From the NCBI GenBank assembly GCA_017644045.1, contig JAEPMI010000011.1:58029-122028 (forward strand): DNA of 64,000 nt, given 5' to 3'. The DNA comes from Deltaproteobacteria bacterium (lineage in GTDB: Bacteria; Myxococcota_A; Polyangia; Polyangiales; Houyiibacteriaceae). Numbering within the stretch: the stretch's first letter is position 1; every line of letters begins with the position of its first letter. Both the position numbers and the translations under genes were made by a program. The notes beneath the pieces were generated by a model. That model worked only from the letters and a program-made list of their open reading frames with translations. It did not search any database and was not told the DNA's origin. Below, one piece after another: positions 61,242 to 64,000 of this stretch.

Positions 61242-62456
61242 ATGCGAGACCTCCTGCCCCCCACTCCCGCCTACGGGATTCGGCGCTCCTGGCTTCCGGA
61301 TGCTGTCCGGTCGCCGTGTGTCCTGATCGTCGACGACGACCCCGACGCTGCCCTGCTCCTCTCCCGCTCCCTCCAGCGTCACCACATCCGGACAGAAGTC
61401 GCAGGCTCCTATCTCGAGGCGAAGCGCGCGATGGCCCGCTACCCGATCGAGGTCGTGGTGTGCGACGTCTGGATGCCCGACGGAGAGACCCACTCCAGGG
61501 CGGGGATCGCCTTGCTTCGGGAGCTGCGGGAGCAGGGCTCGAACACCGCCGTCGTGCTCGTCACCGGAACCCCCGAGCTGACCGTCGCCTCGGTGGCGCT
61601 CGAGCTCGAGGCCACGGCCTACCTCCCGAAGCCGGTCGAGCCCGACGCGCTCGTGGGGGCCGTCCGGAGGGGGCAGCGGAGGGTCCGGGAGCGGGCGGAC
61701 GGGAACACCATCGCCCAGCGCTTTCTCGCGGAGAAGGAGCTCGCGAGTCGCTGTCGCCACAACGCTGCTCTCGATGGCGCGTTGGGGAGCCTCTGGATGG
61801 CCTATCAGCCCATCGTGGACTCCCGCACCGGCGACGTCGCCGGGCATGAGGCGCTGGTGCGGAGCCACAGCCGAGATCTCCCTCATCCCGGGGCCCTGTT
61901 CGACTGCGCCGAGCGGACGGAGCGACGCACGGAGCTCAACCGGGCGATCCTCGGGCAGGTGTGCCGAGACCTGCCATCGCTCGTGGGCGATGTCTTCATC
62001 AATCTCCACCCCGACGATCTCCTCTCGCCCGAGCTGACCAGTCCGACCTTCGGCCTGGTGCACCAGGCGACTCGATGCGTCCTCGAGGTGACCGAGATGT
62101 CTCGTCTCGACGCGCCGGGCGGAGCGCAGCAGCACCTGCGCAACCTCCGTTCGCTCGGCTACCGAATCGCCATCGACGACCTCGGGGCAGGGTTCTCCGC
62201 CCTCTCGCGCCTCGCGGCTCTCGAGCCTGACGTCGTGAAAATCGACATGTCCTTGATCCGCAACATCAACGCCCTTCCGCGACTGCAGCGAGTGGTCGGC
62301 GCCATCGTCTCCCTCTGCGAACCGGAAGGCGTCGCCCTCGTCGCCGAGGGCATCGAGACGGAAGCGGAGCTGGAGTGTGTCGCAGATCTGGGTTGCAGCC
62401 ACGCGCAAGGGTTTTTCCTGGGTCGCCCGGCGCCCCTCGCGGAGGTGTCGGCATGA
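61242..62456 (+). CDS. Response regulator with EAL domain (c-di-GMP phosphodiesterase, catalytic motifs intact)
   Basis: REC domain: VLIVDDDPDAALL...VCDVWMPDG...YLPKP. EAL motifs: YQPIV...GHEALVRS, DDLGAGFS, KIDMSLIR, VAEGIETEAE and QGFFLGRP. Alternative upstream ATGs exist at 61176 and 61191. Confidence 0.85.
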   Translation: MRDLLPPTPAYGIRRSWLPDAVRSPCVLIVDDDPDAALLLSRSLQRHHIRTEVAGSYLEAKRAMARYPIEVVVCDVWMPDGETHSRAGIALLRELREQGSNTAVVLVTGTPELTVASVALELEATAYLPKPVEPDALVGAVRRGQRRVRERADGNTIAQRFLAEKELASRCRHNAALDGALGSLWMAYQPIVDSRTGDVAGHEALVRSHSRDLPHPGALFDCAERTERRTELNRAILGQVCRDLPSLVGDVFINLHPDDLLSPELTSPTFGLVHQATRCVLEVTEMSRLDAPGGAQQHLRNLRSLGYRIAIDDLGAGFSALSRLAALEPDVVKIDMSLIRNINALPRLQRVVGAIVSLCEPEGVALVAEGIETEAELECVADLGCSHAQGFFLGRPAPLAEVSA

Positions 62457-62785
62457 GCGGGCGCGCCGACGGAGATGTCTTCGAGGTCACTCCCGATCCT
62501 TGGCTGTCGGACATCGTCGAGCCCTACATCGACATGGTTCGCCTTCGCGTGCTCGACGCCGCGGCGCTGCTCGTGAAGGGCGACTTCCGGTCCATCCGGC
62601 GCTTCGCGCACAACACCAAAGGCACGGGAGGAGGCTACGGCCTACCGGAGCTCACCCGTCGCGCCACCGAGCTCGAGCGGGCAGCCATTGCGGCCGACGT
62701 CGTCGCCGTCGACCGGGCCCTCGCGTCGATGGACGCCTATCTGGCGGCCGTGCGGATCGTGTCCCCCGACCAGACGGCGGCGTGA
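62453..62785 (+). CDS. Stand-alone Hpt (histidine phosphotransfer) protein
   Basis: ATGA overlap with the EAL gene stop. The Hpt motif is RFAHNTKGTGGGYGLPELTRRATELE. Confidence 0.75.
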   Translation: MSGRADGDVFEVTPDPWLSDIVEPYIDMVRLRVLDAAALLVKGDFRSIRRFAHNTKGTGGGYGLPELTRRATELERAAIAADVVAVDRALASMDAYLAAVRIVSPDQTAA

Positions 62786-62869
62786 GTCCCGCGCCCCGTA
62801 CCGTGCACGACTGCCAGCGCTGGCCTCGGCCGCCTTGACTGACGTGCCCGAGTCTGGTGCATCGAGGTC

Positions 62870-64000
62870 ATGACTCGAGATCGTGCGCTCGCTCCCGTCG
62901 CCGGCTTCCGCTTCGCCGGCATCGCCTCTGGCATCAAGAAGAAGGCAGGCGCGCTGGACCTCGGCGCCATCGTCGCCGACTCGCCCGTGCCGACCGCCGC
63001 GGTCTTCACCAAGAACCGAGTGAAGGCCGCGCCCGTGGTGCTCGCCGCCGGCCGCCTTCGCTCCTTGACGGCGCGCGCCGTGCTGGTGAACTCCGGGAAC
63101 GCGAACGCGGCGACCGGAGCGGCGGGCATGACGGCGGCCGAGAAGACGACCGCGCTCCTCGCCGAGGCCATCGGTTGCGAGCCCGACGACGTGATCCCCT
63201 GCTCCACCGGAGTCATCGGGCACGTGCTCCCGGTGGAGCCCTTCTCCCGGTCGATGGCGGACCTCGCCGGCGCGCTGCGTCCCGACGGAGGCGGTGACTT
63301 CGCGACGGCGATCCTCACCACCGACAAGGGCCCGAAGGTGGCCGAAGCCAGCTTCGAGTTCGGCGACATCACCTATCGCGTGCTCGCGATGGGGAAGGGC
63401 GCCGGCATGATCCACCCGGACATGGCCACCACCCTGGCGTTCGTCGTCACCGACGCTCCGGTCGAGGGCAACGCCCTGCGCGCCGTCCTGCAGTCGGCGA
63501 CCGACGCGACCTTCAACCGCATCACGGTCGACGGCGACACCAGCACCAACGACGCCATCATCGCCATGGCTTCCGGGCTCGCCGGCGGGAAGCCGCTGAC
63601 CGGCCCCGGCGAGCGGGCGCTGCTCGGCGCGTTCACCGAGGTGCTCGACACCATCGCTCAAGCGATCGTCGCGGACGGGGAGGGCGCCGAGCACGTCGCG
63701 CGGATCCGCACCGAGGGGCTACGCGACTCGAAGAGCGCCCTCGAGATCGCGCGCACCGTCGCGACGTCGCTGCTGGTGAAGACCGCGATGCATGGCAAGG
63801 ACCCGAACTGGGGTCGGCTGCTCGCCGCGGCTGGTCGCGCTGGCGTGGCCTTCGAGATCGAGAAGGCGCAGGTCTGGCTCGGCGACGTCTGCATCTTCCG
63901 CGACGGAGAGTCGCTCCTCAGCGACGAGACCGAGGCCGCGGCCTCGAGGGTCATGGCCCAGCCGCGCTACGAGATTCGCCTCGTGCTCGGCAGCGGGGAA
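62870..64000 (+). CDS. argJ: Bifunctional ornithine acetyltransferase / N-acetylglutamate synthase, 3' end outside the window
   Basis: ATG 62870 follows GAGG. The motifs are VNSGNANAATG, the self-cleavage region GMIHPDMATTLAFVVTD, and TVDGDTSTND. The frame stays open to the window edge. It was absent from the ORF track because there is no stop codon. Confidence 0.9.
   Translation, partial: MTRDRALAPVAGFRFAGIASGIKKKAGALDLGAIVADSPVPTAAVFTKNRVKAAPVVLAAGRLRSLTARAVLVNSGNANAATGAAGMTAAEKTTALLAEAIGCEPDDVIPCSTGVIGHVLPVEPFSRSMADLAGALRPDGGGDFATAILTTDKGPKVAEASFEFGDITYRVLAMGKGAGMIHPDMATTLAFVVTDAPVEGNALRAVLQSATDATFNRITVDGDTSTNDAIIAMASGLAGGKPLTGPGERALLGAFTEVLDTIAQAIVADGEGAEHVARIRTEGLRDSKSALEIARTVATSLLVKTAMHGKDPNWGRLLAAAGRAGVAFEIEKAQVWLGDVCIFRDGESLLSDETEAAASRVMAQPRYEIRLVLGSGE

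Overview
By eye this is very GC-rich, gene-dense bacterial chromosome. I did not compute the GC content. I call about 52 protein-coding genes. I recognised no rRNA, tRNA, CRISPR array, integrase, transposase or prophage genes. Many adjacent genes overlap by 4 nt (ATGA or GTGA), which suggests translational coupling.

The content points to Myxococcota. Two secreted proteins end in MYXO-CTERM-like tails. There is a DUF4388-type protein, a eukaryotic-like Ser/Thr kinase, several hybrid histidine kinases and a sigma-54 activator.

Housekeeping anchors are secA, glmS, fabD, hppA (membrane pyrophosphatase), argJ (3' end cut by the window), a BolA/Grx4 pair, a Fur-family regulator and an ECF sigma/anti-sigma pair.

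Observations most worth follow-up:
1. **Stator-like operon (10074-14674).** Four translationally coupled genes encode a MotA/ExbB-like channel with a roughly 600-aa repetitive helical tail, a MotB/OmpA-like peptidoglycan anchor that keeps the channel Asp, and two helical accessory proteins. The architecture resembles ZorA/ZorB, but there are no ZorC/ZorD-type genes. As far as I know it has no described function.
2. **Atypical exopolysaccharide locus (44773-55601).** It looks synthase-dependent: a TPR/beta-barrel protein, a BcsB-like protein, a sigma-54 activator, an ATP-grasp enzyme, a QxxRW family-2 glycosyltransferase without PilZ, and a secreted hydrolase-like protein. A phosphorelay follows it: two PAS hybrid kinases, a REC-EAL protein and an Hpt protein.
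3. **Three sigma-54-like -24/-12 motifs.** Each sits 14-15 nt upstream of an ATG, which would imply leaderless transcripts.
4. **glmS operon (39261-44560).** glmS is followed by a sensor-less hybrid kinase with Hpt and then a receiver fused to a PIG-L deacetylase.
5. **CCGA-NNN heptad repeat family.** It occurs in two convergent intergenic regions.

All family assignments come from reading motifs in the translations. None has been checked by a database search.
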